A DNA stretch of 64,000 nucleotides from Glycera tridactyla. Its lineage: Eukaryota. The stretch spans positions 95,604,001-95,668,000 of the forward strand of contig OZ286461.1 in NCBI GenBank assembly GCA_965644265.1. Reading direction: 5' to 3'. The position numbers and the translations under genes are program-made. This document shows positions 1 through 15,100 of this stretch, in pieces; positions within the stretch are counted from its first letter, which is position 1; each line of letters starts with the position of its first letter. Under the pieces are notes generated by a model. The model had not been told where the DNA came from. It saw only the letters and a list, made by a program, of their open reading frames with translations, and did no database searches.

Positions 1-60
1 CAGTTACACTATGTTTATGTTTTTTGGGGATCGACGATTCTAAAAAAGTAGGACACTCAC

Positions 61-183
61 AGTGTATTCAAGTGTTGTTCCTGGATACAGCATCTTCTTG
101 ACTGTGACTGTACCAGTATCAGGATCGACGTTGAAGAATTCCATTGCTATAGTGTCCCCAATGGCTCGATATATGACACGATC
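61..183 (-). CDS. Cadherin exon 55 (short); gene continues left of the window
   Basis: tgtag|GAT..ACT|gtgagt; 123 nt; DRVIYRAIGDTIAMEFFNVDPDTGTVTVKKMLYPGTTLEYT. Confidence 0.9.
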
Positions 184-3100
184 CTACAAACAATATCACA
201 CCATGCATTCAATCAACTTGGCAGAGACCACCTCACCAGCCAGTAAAACCTCACATGGTCACCATGGTGGGCCAGGAGGCCTATTGCTAAAACATAGATG
301 CATCAGACATCTTGCTGCTGAACTCAATTTTCCTCGCACCATTTTGAGTCACATGATGAAGCTCCAAAATTTCAGGAAACAAATATCACCTTTCAAAAAT
401 CATCTCATTTGGAAATCTTTGAATTCAAATTCTTCAACTTTTCTTTGAAATAAATTTGGCGAAAGTGTGTAAATTCACAATTACTTTCACCATGACAGTT
501 GAACTTCCTAGAGGAATGTCTCTATGCAAAGCCCACCAGTCTATAATAGCCATCCATGTGGCAAAAGCAATAGTAGATGCATTTTTGCTGTGACTGTCAC
601 CTTCACAAAGGTCTTCCTGTATATCCAACACACACCATGATGAGGGGTGTTACCGGAAATCCAACCAATGCCTCTCCACCAATCAAATATTCACCAACGT
701 CCATCTTATGATGCCTGAACTTGTTTTCTCTAAATAGATAGATTTGTAACATTCTTAAATCACTCTCACATTCAATGAATATAAGCAGTCATCCTGATAT
801 GATGTGAAGATTATTAATTCTGTCAGAGTTCTTTCAGAGGATTTGAGATGAAATTTGGGACTGTAGCTCAAACTCACCCCATCTGCGTCAGTGGCTCGTG
901 GTTCGTCGGTGACAATATGACCGAGTGGTACGGTCTCCTTGATGGTGACACGCAGGGGTCCTTCATTGGCCCAGACTGGTCTGTTCTCATTCCTCTGCAT
1001 CTGGACCTCCACGGTAGCTGTGGCTGTCTGCTCAGGATAGATGTCATCGTAGGCAAGTACCCTTATCTGGATGAAATAAAGTACATTGTGAGGAACATTG
1101 ACCAGAAGGATGAAGAGGTTAGAGAGTGTCACTTGATGGTGCATGAGTCAAACACCATAGATTCAATCACTATCACGCTTACTCTTGCTATATTTCAATG
1201 GGGCATTTATTTGTCATACATAGACCGAATATCCATTGGAAAATCAAGAAAAAGAATGGATGTTTAAATCACATAAGATGAGTTTCAGATATTTTTGCAA
1301 AGTAGAATCTTAAGGCTGGATATTGAATGTAAACAGAGTAGTAGTTCTGTAGACATCTGACAGAAACTGACTCCACCATTTAAGAAATTACGGCACAATC
1401 ATTCCATCAGAATCGAAAATCAGAAGTTTATAGCAATCATGATATTTCAAGATGTCAGACCATTGGCAGTATATTTATTTTTAAAAATGTAGATAATGAT
1501 TAAATTTCTGAAAAGAATCTTTCAATTTGAGGTATAATGAAAATGAATTTGAAATATGTTCCTACAGCATGCTAGTAGAAGTTAGCAGCTAACAAGCCAC
1601 TTGCTGATGATGTTTGCTGGTACTTACCATGTAGGAGAAGGCATGGTCGGTCTTCAGATCATTCTGGACGGTGATGAGACCACTCATGTCATCAACATGG
1701 AAGAAGTACGGAGATGGGAAGTCCCCGATCAGCTGATACTTGATGGTACCCTGAAGAATGAACACACCGAAAATGTCGACATAAATGAGGTGAGTCAAAA
1801 TGACAAGGTTCACTACCCTCAGAAATCCATCGTCACCACATTCTTTCCGGTCCAACTCTCTAAACACTATCTGGGATTCAAAGTGATGAAGCCAGTTGAC
1901 TAGTGATTCATCTTACAATTCACAAAACTGAAAGCATGTCGATATGCAATCAATTGCAGCTCTGTCCATACCATATGCAATCAGATCCACTTAAAATGAG
2001 TTGTCAAAGGCTCAATATTTCTGGAAGAAATGTGATGAGTTACCTGGATATCTCTGTCTCTGGCTCTGGCTGTGAACACAGATCCTCCGACCACCTCATT
2101 TTCAGAGAGAATCGTGAAGTAGGGTTGACCCTGGAACTCTGGTAGGTACAGGTTGCGGTTGACCTTGATGGTGACCACTGCTTCCGCACTTCGCTCTGGG
2201 GTGCGATTATCACGGGCAGCGATTGTAAACTGGAATCAACGGAAAATGAAATTATAAGTGCTGATATATGAGGAATAATAGGTATCATCCAGCCAATCAT
2301 AGATACTGCAAATTTACTGTATTTGGATGTTGACTGCAAGGAGGAGACTTGGTGAGGTGAATCAATTTGCATCACATTGAAACCACAAAGGAACCATGTT
2401 CAGTACTCTCGGTTGCATCAAAAACCAATCTTCATAGAAGGGTTGCCTTTGTATGAAAGTGTTTCCTTGAGCCAGTTCGACTATATTCTCCATCTCACCA
2501 GTATTTTCCAAAATATTTCACCATGCTCTGATTGTACAGTATAATACTGCAGCCATTTAGTGATATCATTGTATGCTACAGCTGGACATCTGGTACATTA
2601 TGCACTGGATTTTGGCTGACATCTGTGAAATGAGAATCAACATGATATTCAGGTTGGCAGCTTGGAGTTGCTAACTTGGGATGGCACTGACCGCATTTCC
2701 CTAAGATGCTCAACTCAATGAAATTCTTCGATTCTTTCACCTACTAGTGAATGGGATATTTATCGGGTTTTTTCACAAACTCGTCAGAATTACCTTGGCT
2801 ATATCTAGATACCGATGCAATGGGCATGGGTGGAATTATCTGAGACTCCTACTTCTGTGTCCCCATGGGTGAGAGTTCATGAAATTCACACGATTATATT
2901 CAGTGTTACTTGAGTTAGTCAACTGACCCTGTATTGTGTAGTGCCCAGGTCATCGTTCATCAGACTCTGCTTCAGATGGACAACACCAGTATCAGGAGTG
3001 ATGAAGAAGTAGGAAATCGCAAGGGCTTCATTTGCGTCCCCATTCCATTCATACGTCAATGTATCCTGTAAAATATTGACAAATGATTTGAGTAATGCAA

Positions 3101-6100
3101 TGGAAATCACTTCTGAACAGAAATGCTGCAATCAAAAATATATCTCCTATAAACTAGTTTATAAGTGCCTTCAACAATATGCTTCAATCAGAACCCTTGA
3201 GAAAACATGATAAAGATGCCTAGCACAAATGTGTCTTCACAACTACCCACCTCATAGATAATAGATTGAATATTCTAAAGTGAAACTGCAAAAGCAATTC
3301 TCTGATCATCTCATGAAAACTATATACAACAAGAGACTGCCCTCAATGTCACCAAAAAGTGGTCTCTGAGAAGCGGTGGTCTTTTGTAAAAAGTATGACT
3401 ATGTCAAACAAGAAAGCTGCTCAGCAGAAGTGGTCTCTCCTCTGATCTGGTCTCTCATGGCAGGTTTCACTGTAACCATTGTCATGAAATGTGAGGAACT
3501 GATATGGCAAGGTGATTCAATGCTGGAAATATATGCTCATGTATAAGAATTTTAATGAAGGTGGTATAGTCCCCATGAGGTGTGGGCATTCATCTCTCAG
3601 CTCATGAAATCCCTCATAACTCAGTATGCATGAATAGGATGTAAAACTCAAACTAGCAAGCAATAAATCTTTTATGTGCATCACTCACCTGATCAGCATC
3701 TGTGGCAGTAACGGCAAGTATGTCAACACCAACATTCAGATTCTCGTTGATGGTGGCTTCATAATTGTTGTTGTTGTACACAGGCGCATTGACATTACGC
3801 AGGACAGGAATATTCACTGTGGATGTGGCAATAGCTGTGGGATTCCCAGAGTCCAGTACCGTAACTCGCATCTGAAAGAAGATGAATAATACAACATTGT
3901 TCATCTGTTCAGATAAGGTACATAACTTGACACTCTTGAGATCGATGATTTCAATTGAACTGTGTAATATCTCCATGATACTTGATTGAGAATAAGCAAT
4001 TTCTTTTCATGCACATGATCAAGTTTTGCTGTTGAGGAAGAAATGCACTGAATATCACCTCTATGACATTGACAAAGTCTAATATTCAGAAAATGAATGT
4101 AAGATTAATCTGCGTATGCTTATTTTGAGTGATATGCCTAATAGTGATGATAATAATGATAATTGTTATTTGTGTTTTGTGATTGTTGACTTACGATGTA
4201 GTATGGTGACCAATCCTCCATGAGATCTTTCTTGATGGTAATCACTCCTGTGTCTCGGTTGATCTCGAAGTATTCCGGTGTTGGTGGATCACCGATGACA
4301 CCATACTGCAGCTGGCCCTACAAACAGAACAGAAGAGGAGTGAATACAATAATGAATATCCTGTTAGACAGATCCAAATAAAGCTTCTTCCGGCAGGAAT
4401 ATAGTCATAATGCATAACATTTTGAGAACCCCAAACTGGACCTCCAAGAGATCATCAAGGACGGATTGTACCTTCCAATGTGCAAACTCAGTTCTTACCA
4501 TAGGATCTCAACAATGACAATAGCAAATGAATGTACAATGCTATAAGTTAATTGACCAATTGGGAATTTGTAAAAGTTCTCCATGAGACTATATATAGTT
4601 CATGTGATCTGATTGAATTCCTCTATAATGTCGGACAGCCAGACTTGGCCTAGGTATGATCTGTAAATAAACTACTAGAGATATCTAGCAGTGACAATAT
4701 TTTACCTTCTGATCCATGTCTCTCCCACTGACAGTGAAGACTGTGGATCCAACAGGTCGATCCTCTGGCACGGTCGGTGCATTGTAAGGGGTTTCAACAA
4801 ACTCTGGTTCATATTCATCTCTCAGGATGTTGATCACCAATTCACGCATAATTGACTGAGATGGGATACCAGAATCTACTGCTTCCACATTCAACTGAAA
4901 GCAAAAGTGAAGTGCCATCAATGTTACAATTATATTAAGTCAATTTCTCTGAGGTTGCAAAGGAAAGTTTTTCAAGGTGTTGAGTTGCAGCTAATATTCT
5001 TGAATGTTTTGTAACAGGGATGGCTTCCCCTTTCTTATTCTCACACACTTAAGATAGGGAATATGTGGTGGAGAATTCTGCACAAGTTTTCACTATTCTC
5101 TAGAGTCTGCTTTTTCAAACAGAAATCAATTATCCTAACAATTTTTACTCTTCCCATGAAATCCCTGAAATGGATTCGGTGAATGTTTTCTTTTTCCAGG
5201 AAACAGAACTACCTGCTGCAATCAGAAGTTGACATTCATAAAACATCTACATTATGGTCTGTGTATGGTGATTTGCCATTGATCTTAATCTTTCACTTTT
5301 GTAATAAAATTGACAAACAAGCAAATATTTGTTATTTGTCTGCTATAATGAACATGCTACTGAAGATTTTTGAAACTCCATCCTACTTTACTCCATAACG
5401 ATTGACAATCACACGCCCAAACCTCCTATGAATACTCCTCATATCCGAAGATATTGATCATCAAACATGACATATGTCCAATAGGATGCCATTCCAAAAC
5501 TCTGAATGCCTCCAACATACACATCCTGACTTTCGAAAGAGCATCAATCAATACATGGAATTTCAATTCAGAATCAGTATGCTATGTTTGACCACATAGT
5601 GCATGCAACAATCTGACCCTCTCTGACATCTTCTTTTCAATCAGATGCCAACATGCAAGATTCAACACATAATCCTTTTGGGTGAACCAAAATATGACAA
5701 ACCAATAGCCAAAACACCTGGAAGACTGTCTTTGCTGCAAGCCACTTCATTTGGTCTACTGCAAGATATTGTATTAACTGAGGTATAGCATTATACTGTA
5801 TATTACCCTGAATTCCTTCGTATCGGACTCAGTCAAGAACCTCTTGGTGGTGATGACTCCTGTGTCAACATTGAGGAAGAAGTACTGCAGTGCCTCATCT
5901 TCCACTTCATTCCTCAAATAATACTCTACAGTGTCCTGAAAAAAAATCCATCATCATTTGAAAAGTGCAAATTCTCACAACAAGAGTTGGAACATGGGGT
6001 GGAGAGACGACCAACACTCTCATTACCATATCACTTTAGGGCAACTTGTGGTCAGTATTTCTTCAAAAGTGGCCCCCTGCTGATGAAAGATGCATCATAA

Positions 6101-9100
6101 ATATCTTCAAAAGTGGCCCCCTCCTGATGAAAGATGCATCATAAATATCTCCAAAAGTGGCCCCCTCCTGATGAAAGATGCATCATAAATATCTTCAAAA
6201 GTGGCCGCCTCCTGATGAAAGATGCATCATAAATATCTTCAAAAGTGGCCCCCTCCTGATGAAAGATGCATCATAAAAATCTTCAAAAGTTTGCCCCTCC
6301 TGATGAAAGATGCATCATAAATATCCTGTGAATACTCGAGGATATGTCTCCACGTGATTAGCTGATCATTCAGCTCAATCATATTCCTCTGATTGCCATG
6401 AAATGAAATGAAAATAATTTAGAGTGGTACAAGCATGGCACTTACCCCATCTTGATCAGTGGCAGTGACCTGCATCACGACCTCACCAAGGTCAAACTTT
6501 TCATCAATGGTGGCCTCATACACACCAGCTGGGTCAAACACTGGTGCATTTGGATTGCGTATGACTGTAATGGTGGCCGTACCGGTTGCCTGGTTGTCAG
6601 GGTAGGTTGTATCATATGCTATCACTTTCAGCTGCAAAGGTCAAAACAATTAGATATCAAGATCATAATGGGAAAAGTAGTGAGTCTCCAATAAAGCATG
6701 GGATTTTTCCCACAATCTGTGATGTCTCAATGAGNNNNNNNNNNNNNNNNNNNNNNNNNNNNNNNNNNNNNNNNNNNNNNNNNNNNNNNNNNNNNNNNNN
6801 NNNNNNNNNNNNNNNNNNNNNNNNNNNNNNNNNNNNNNNNNNNNNNNNNNNNNNNNNNNNNNNNNNNNNNNNNNNNNNNNNNNNNNNGAAAAGTCGTTGT
6901 ATTCTTCCATGAGATATAGTTCATGTCATCAATCCCTTTTCAACCATATATTTCCACTTACAAGGTATGTGGGTGCACGCAGGCTGTCTTCAACCAGACT
7001 CTTCTTGATGCGTACTTCTGCACTATCCTCATGGACACTGAAAAAGTCCTGCGCTGGATATTCTCCAACGATCATGTACTTGATTTCACCCTGAAACATG
7101 ATATGTTACAGTGAATAAATGAATACATTCCGTCAGAATTATGTCTATATATGTTACCGGAAAAGCCAAACCTGGCTGCTAAGAGATATCTACTCATAAT
7201 TACGAACCTTGACTTGAATGAAACCATGTTTCACAATAAACCACTGAAACATACAAATCACCTGGACCTATCTTCTTAATTGATAGTGACATGAGCAAAA
7301 AAAAGACATTATACTTGATCTATTTCTCAATGAAGCAATATTCTAACGACCCCAACCCTATCCTTATCTCAGCATATTTCATCCATGACTGATTTGAATC
7401 AAACCATACTGCATAAAATTTCAGAGTAAGCCGTGGTTCTTCCAATTGATCCAGGTACTCCCAAATATACTATAGATACATAGAAAATTGGAGTGCATTT
7501 AGTTTGAAGAGCAGTTCTGATGTATACCTTCATGCTCAACAACTGAATGGAGTATTCCATAGTCAATTCATGTTCGAATGAGATTGCTTTAGACATCTCT
7601 ACATGGCTATTCTGATTCAGGATGATGGACCAATTACTAGAATCTTCTGGTACATACCACAAGGTCACCATCTGTTGCCCTCAGTGGCCCTGGTGAGAGT
7701 CCAATGACTGAGTCCACGGCTGTATCCTCCTCAATCTCAGCTGTGTATGGACTGTTGGTGAATGCAGGCGCTTCCAGATCCCGACTGATTGTTACAATGA
7801 CTCGCGTCAAGGCAGTTTTTTCAGGCGCACTCTGGTCACTCACTTGTAAGTCAATCTTCAAGTGAACACAAAAAGGAGTCATGTTTTACATCATATTCTA
7901 ATGGTCCAAATCACAGAAGTGTGGTTTCATGTGAGTTTGCTTGAACTTATATTCGTACCTCAAAACATATTCCCAGGTTTCCCACACTACATTGCAGCAT
8001 CTGCCAAATCCAGAATGAAAGAATTTCAGACATTCATAAAGTATAACATTTCATGATGTGGCAGAGCTTCCACAATATCAAAGTGTGTGAAGTTCAGATA
8101 GATTAGAAATTTTGATGGAATTATTCACCTACACTACACTACAATATATCGCTAAGGCTACCCAACCAAAATGGCAGCCAATGTATTACATGCTATGTTA
8201 CAAGTACAATGATACAAACCTCTGTTGGAACTGCCTTGAGCAGAGAGAAAACAAGTAATTCTACTATCCTAGACACCTCGCTAAGTCTAATACATTCAAT
8301 ATCAAAAAGAGGACTTGGAGTCAGTAACCGTATGAAAAAATAGCAAATATGTTGATACACATCAGTCAGTGTATAATTCAAATCCCCCTTTGATGGCCTC
8401 CCACCCACAAATAAAGCTTCACTCTTATATGTATATTCACTTTCACCCTAGTCTGAGATAAGCTCGGCTAAGACAAACTTTTATGAATTCAAGGTCAAAG
8501 TTATATTTTTTCACTAGGCCAAATTTCATCGCAGCAAAGGGGAGGGAAATGGGTTACTTTACTGACTGGCTGATTGATTCAGTAATACTTAATTTCCCTT
8601 CAATCATCACAAGATTATATGAGACTGAAGGATAAAGCTTATATTATCATTATTATTATCTTCATCATTGCGTGCCAGGAACATCATATGAATCTTTTGG
8701 CTGTCATGATATGGGTGAGAAGATCACAGAGGTCTCCTTCAGTTTCTACCTGGGGACCTAACAATATTGCTATAGAAATCATTGTATAGTACTCTTCATT
8801 GAGAAGTTCATGGAAATTATGTGGTATGATGTGATGCAATTTCAAAATATCAAGACAGCAGTGTGTAAAATTAACTCGTTCCATTCGCTGGCCGGCCGGG
8901 CCAGTGAATTGGTGAGATTCACTGGCCCGGACCTCATTTCACTGGCCCAGGTTTTTCTTGGAGAAATAATTGTTGTTGACACCCATTTATTGGTGATTTT
9001 ATTCTGACTTTTATAGCTGATAATATCGCCAGAAATGGCATATATTTCTGGCGAAACGAAATCCCGTACGTGTTCACGCAGGGCGAGATATGGAACGAGA

Positions 9101-12100
9101 TCTGTCTTGATTTTCAACATCATCGATTTATAAGGCCGAAATACATATTAAATACCTGATATAACGATGAAATATACACGTAGAATGTAAGAATAATGTC
9201 TTTATTTGTCGAAATATCGTTCAAAACTCATCGATGGCCATTTTATTGACGTATTTAGGTCGATTCTTCTGATGATGATTTCTCCATTGAGAAATGGTTT
9301 CATGCAGACGAAATCTCGTGATGGCGAGAATTCGTGAGAGACCTAAACATCACGTATATTTATCGGCCCGCTAGGAGATTTACTGGCCTCGGGCCGCCGG
9401 GCCGGTGTTAATTTTACACGCTGAAACATCGTCGGTCACTACCTAGGACCTTCTTCTGTAAAGGTTCACACATTGTAGCCTTGATTCATACTTTCAGTAT
9501 GAAATCACCAGGCAATACTGTCTACATTCATACATATGATGAGTTATCAGAGATTCCGGAAAAATAGTGTGTATGGATTGAAGTCCTAATTTCACTCATC
9601 CTGAACCCCCAACCATGAATAGTTTCGGCTCATGAGATGTTTCAACCATCACATCCTGACCATATTCCGAAATTGTTGAGAAACCTTCGACGTTCCAGTT
9701 TCATGAAAATCATACATATGGATATCGATGACAAAAAGCTGATGAGAAAACCATAAAACATGGCAAAATGGATCAGGAGCATGAATCCAAAAATGAGAAA
9801 ATAAAAAATGCAACCAAAATACTCAAAAACTTTGTTTGAGAAGAAAGTGATCATAGTTCCACTAATGTGAAGACTGATCAAGATGAATTGATGACCCCAA
9901 TGCCAAATTGATCAGATATGTTTATTAGGTTGGGGAAAATCCAGCAGTCGCTTGGGCCGGTGAAGTGAGATCTTCCCCAGCCCTCTGCAACATTCCTCCT
10001 GCCAACCTGCATATCATCAGTCTTAATCGAGATTATACGCCTGCCTATTAGGCAGGCAGACTAATGAAAATCCTGCCTGAATACTGAATCTGGATGCCAG
10101 TGAAGCAGGTATTGGCATTGAGCCTTGGGTATGAAGGTATGACAAACCAGCCCTAGGCAGAAGCTTTGATGGATTGGTCCTATTCTCTCCATCATACTGA
10201 AATTAATCCTGCCTACTGCAGGTTAAATTGACAGACTCTACTCAGAGATGGCCATGGGGCAATGACTTCACATATCCACTGTACTCTCAAGATAATATGA
10301 AGTAATACTCACTGAGTTTTAATCAAAGATCTCTACCTCAATTTTGGATACGGATGTTCACTCTATTCTCAAGATAATATGAAGTGACACTCACTGAGTT
10401 TTAATCATAGATCTCTACCTCACTATTGGATAGCAGTATGAAGTCAATATACCCCAAATACCCAGTGAACTTCTTTCTTGATGCTTCTAGGTGAAATAGA
10501 TGATCCATTCCCTTCAGATTGTGAATTCTAAAGCAGTGTAAACCTTAATCTAGAGCAGAAAAAGATAACGATAACAATCCTGATGGACATGCAAAATACT
10601 ATAACCTCACTTCATATGACCACAAATGGAGACACTGAAGCAAAACAATTATTCATGCTCTATGATGTGATCCAATCCTCTCAGTGTTAAATTTCACTGA
10701 TGAATTTGTTGGATAATCATGCAGAATAGTATATGAAATGTTAGATGGATTGAAGTATATAATCAAAGACAAAATACAATATGATCAGAGTTTCATACCA
10801 GAAATCTTGTGTAAAACCATGCACGTGCATACCACACATACACTAAAGTGTTGGCATTATTCTGGAATGGAAGACAGCACTGATGAATTCAGGACATCCT
10901 GAATTTTAATTGACAATTGATGGAACAAATGATAATCCTGCAATGTAAGACATTCCTGTAGTGGTTTTCATGGAATATAATTCCACACAGCTGTTGACCT
11001 CAAATGAAGGATGAGAGGGCAGCGGTTTGCAATTTCCAAAGAAAAGAAACTTCAAATTTAAGTGAGAAAGTAAATTCTGGAGATAACATGTAGCTTTCCT
11101 CACAGGGAAATGCTGTCAATATTTATCATCTGGTCATTTTTCCCCATTATTCAGTAGTCCCATCAGTGAAACTTCAGTAAGTTCTAATGAATGTAGAATA
11201 GAGAAGCTAAACAATGCTGATTCCAGCAATACTGACAAATCGCAGATGACACAGTTGAGAATACTTAGCATTGTTAGACAATAAAGTGGCACTTTATGTT
11301 GAAGCTAGATATGATTGACTATATCCTATGTGGAATTAAAGATATATCTACAAATCACAAGCTATCTATCATATTATACTGGCATACTCAGTGATGTTAG
11401 TCTCACTACAAATATAGCTACTACAAACAAGATATTGTGAATTCATTATACATGTATAGGCTGTACATAATTAGAATTATCTGCAATCATCATATATTCT
11501 TGCTGCTCAATTCAACCACAAAAATGTCTTGCCTACAATATAACCTTCTTCAAAAGTCATATAAAACAGTGACATCATTGTAAGCAGGAATCCAATAAAC
11601 TCATACAATTCTGAAGCACCACCGTTTCATAAGAAATGACTTCTCACAAAGTATATCGGTGGATATCATCGGGGATATGGAGCATGCATTCCTGCAAATG
11701 GAGTGCCATCCCCTGACTCACATCCCCAGATGTCACTCATTCTTAAAGCAATTCATAGAAGAGAAGCTGATGTGCCCCAAATGAACTTAAGTCTGAAAAA
11801 GGAACTGATATCCAATGAAAGATGACCTTCCTCTTAGAGGTGAAAAGTTTCGTCTGTTGAACCTATGATACCTCAAAGGATCTCGATATGAAGATCACAT
11901 TATATGGAAAAATTTCTGCCACAAAGAAGACATCAGTTTCAGACTTAAGCCGGTAATCATGTTGAAGATAACCACATTTGGGAAACAAACTATAGGTGTG
12001 TGTGTGTATGTATGACCTTAACTATCATAAGCACTCAGAAAGGTCATAGTGCAGTCATCCAACATCCAAAGTCTCATAGTGACAATCCCACAATGTTCAG

Positions 12101-15100
12101 TTTTGCTCATATATCCGAAAATAGTTCTTGCTGTCACTTGTTGAGCCAGTTTATCTTGTTACAACCCAAATTGTATCAGGCAAAAAGATTCGAATGATTT
12201 GACAAATCTGAAATTCTACAATATCCAAGCATGCAACCAAATGATTAGATAAAAGATGTTCATTGCAACTTGCAATTTCATAAGTGGCCTGGTTTGAGCC
12301 TCAAATGATCATTGCGTGCCTCAATATTATGCATTGTGAATCATGATCAATTAAGTGATGCTTAATATCTCTTCCACCCAGGCAAAATCATTTTAGACTA
12401 GCTTACAATAAACACTTATCAAAATGAATGCATTACAGCCGGGATCATGGACAGATCGGTCAAGAATCTTGTGATTTAAATGACCACCATTCACAAAGTA
12501 TCAGCAAATGCATGCTCGATCAGGAAACATTTGTGGGATAGTCACTTGATGACTGACTGATGTTGGATAGAGAATCTCACCTCAAACTCTACGGATATAT
12601 TTTTATCAAGCTTGAAAATAATACAATGACAAACTCAGAAATATCTATATGACTGATACAAATCACAGATCTCATGCAGAACATAATATGACTTTCAGAT
12701 AAAAAAGAAGCATGCAATATGGGAACAATTGGGATAGGTGTAAGCAACCAAATCCTCTCAACCAGAAGTACATACTTTAGTGTACACAACCTAAGGTTCA
12801 TGTACAGTAATATATCTTATGTATGTCCTTCTGATTCACATGTGAGGCTTCAATCACCAGGAAGGAACCTGATCTATGTGATGGATACAAAGCAAATAGG
12901 TTGGGGAATGGTGCAATCAGGCTTGAGGGTGATGAAGGGGAATTATGCAGGTTTTCAAGTCAATATTACATATATATATATTGTTTGTTTTTTTCCAGGC
13001 TGGACAATCTTGACACATATGGCATTTTTGTCAATCAATCTAATCCCAAACATGCACGTTCAATGACAATGCAGTGAGTTTAATCTCCAAAACAATCATG
13101 CATATTTCTTGAGATCATATATGTACATGTATGATGTCGAGCCCAGAACAGCAGGAATATTAGGAGGTCTATGGATATATTCAGCAACTTAAATCCCATC
13201 AAGAAATAGATTGAAGTATATGCTTTCTCATGAAATGATTGCTTCTTAAAAAAGTAACATTCACTGCAAATACTGCACTGAAATGCCAAGTTCATATTTT
13301 CATGCTTGGCCATTTATGACCTATAAAAACCAGTGCTATTTATTTGGCTTCTTAAATTTTCAATATTATTTTGACGAATATTATTTGATGCATACTCTGT
13401 GGAGATTCGGCAAACATTTTCATAACTCTCAAGCATAAACACTTTGTGAAAACAATTGTTGAAAATGTATATTGGGGAGGAATACAAGTAACTATGAAAA
13501 TTGATAGAATTTTTTTTACCATGATGGTATTACTTGGACATCTCTATCACTGGGTATTAGATGGCTCAGATTGGGGAAATCAGGAATTACTCAATATTCT
13601 GATTGGTGTGGAGAAAACATGTTTCTCTGTGAGTTACAGTCATGCATATAGGTTGAACAATTACCACACGTAGTTCCAAGTTCAGCTAAACAACATTGAT
13701 GAACTATCATTGATTTTCACGATACCATCTCACATTACTTTGAATTGTATTTCAATTATCACAACCTAATCACTACTTGAAATATGAGAACACAACTATT
13801 TTTGTGATATAGTCAAAATTGTTATCATCTGTATCATTGCACAATCATGACGATAGTCATGATTGAAACTTATGAAGGACTTGAAATTTTGCATTCTAAA
13901 TCTGAAAATTCCTGATAAGCTAACATTCTAAAATTTGCTCTTGTGGCAAGTCTTGTTCACCACAGAACATACGATTGTTAAAATCATCTCAACATGCAGA
14001 CAATAGCTTCATCACAAAGTTTGATGGTATCTTGCTAAATCACTAATTGAGATCCCCTTAATTACCCGTATATCACTTAGTATATTAAAACTACTGACAT
14101 ACACCATAAGATATCAACCGTTCATGAATTGATCAAGACCTCAAACATATATTTCTGTTTAAGCCCTGTGATGTCATATCAATTGAAATAACTTGGAGGG
14201 GTGGGTAATAACATGTGCAATCTGATTCAATGCAAAGCGATGCCCACAGGATGCAAGGGGAATCTGAGTAGCTGACATGTTATTCAGTGAGGGTGAATAA
14301 ATATCAAAATGCATGGGGAGAGCATGAAATACCAAAATATTGAAAAGGAGGGCCTTTGTATGTTGATGCAGGCTCACACACGGAGGAAACACAAACAGAA
14401 ATGTGTGTGCTCCGATTCAAAAAGACCTGCATCAGCAAGGGTATGCAACCTATCCAGTGAAGAATAATTATTAAGTGGTACATACATCATCACTGATGGA
14501 GGTGCCATCTGTCAGCAGCTTCTTCAACGTGATCTCTCCAGTCTCAGGGTTCACGTAGTAATATTCCATCGATGATTCTGACCCGATTATTGAATAACTC
14601 AGAACATCATCCTGAAACAATGTAATTTCAATATGTATCATCAAAGGATCTACACAGATTATTTGTGCAAGTCACTTATGTTTGATTGTCATTGATATAT
14701 GGTGACTTGTTAAATTGCTTCGTGTACAAGAAAATTGCACCTTTCCAGGATCTGAGTGGTGTTTGATTCTGTTCCACAATGGGCCATGATTCATTTACTT
14801 ATTCATTCATCTATTTATTCATTTAGTTATTAATTAATTGTCATTTATTATCACATGACAGAAAAATCAGAAACAGATTTGCTCTCCATCTTGAATCATG
14901 CTGCCAAAACATACAATCACAGCAAAGGCGCTTGGTGAAGTACAAATGTATTAGCACTTTTTCTTTCGTACATCATTTCATCAGACTGAGGAAGCCGCAT
15001 TTAGGGGCAACTGTATTGCATGATTATACATGTGATGAATTCAAATGGAGAACTATCAAATCAAATCATCAGAGCTACATAACTAGTTCAGCTTATGATG

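Noticed and set aside
62-1267. Plus-strand ORFs overlapping cadherin exons (e.g. 62-448, 848-1267, and similar ones across the window)
   Set aside because: They are antisense shadows of the minus-strand exons or chance intronic ORFs, with no recognisable domain.
6061-6324. Regular repeats considered as a CRISPR array
   Set aside because: Head-to-tail units without unique spacers, in eukaryotic intron context, with no cas genes.
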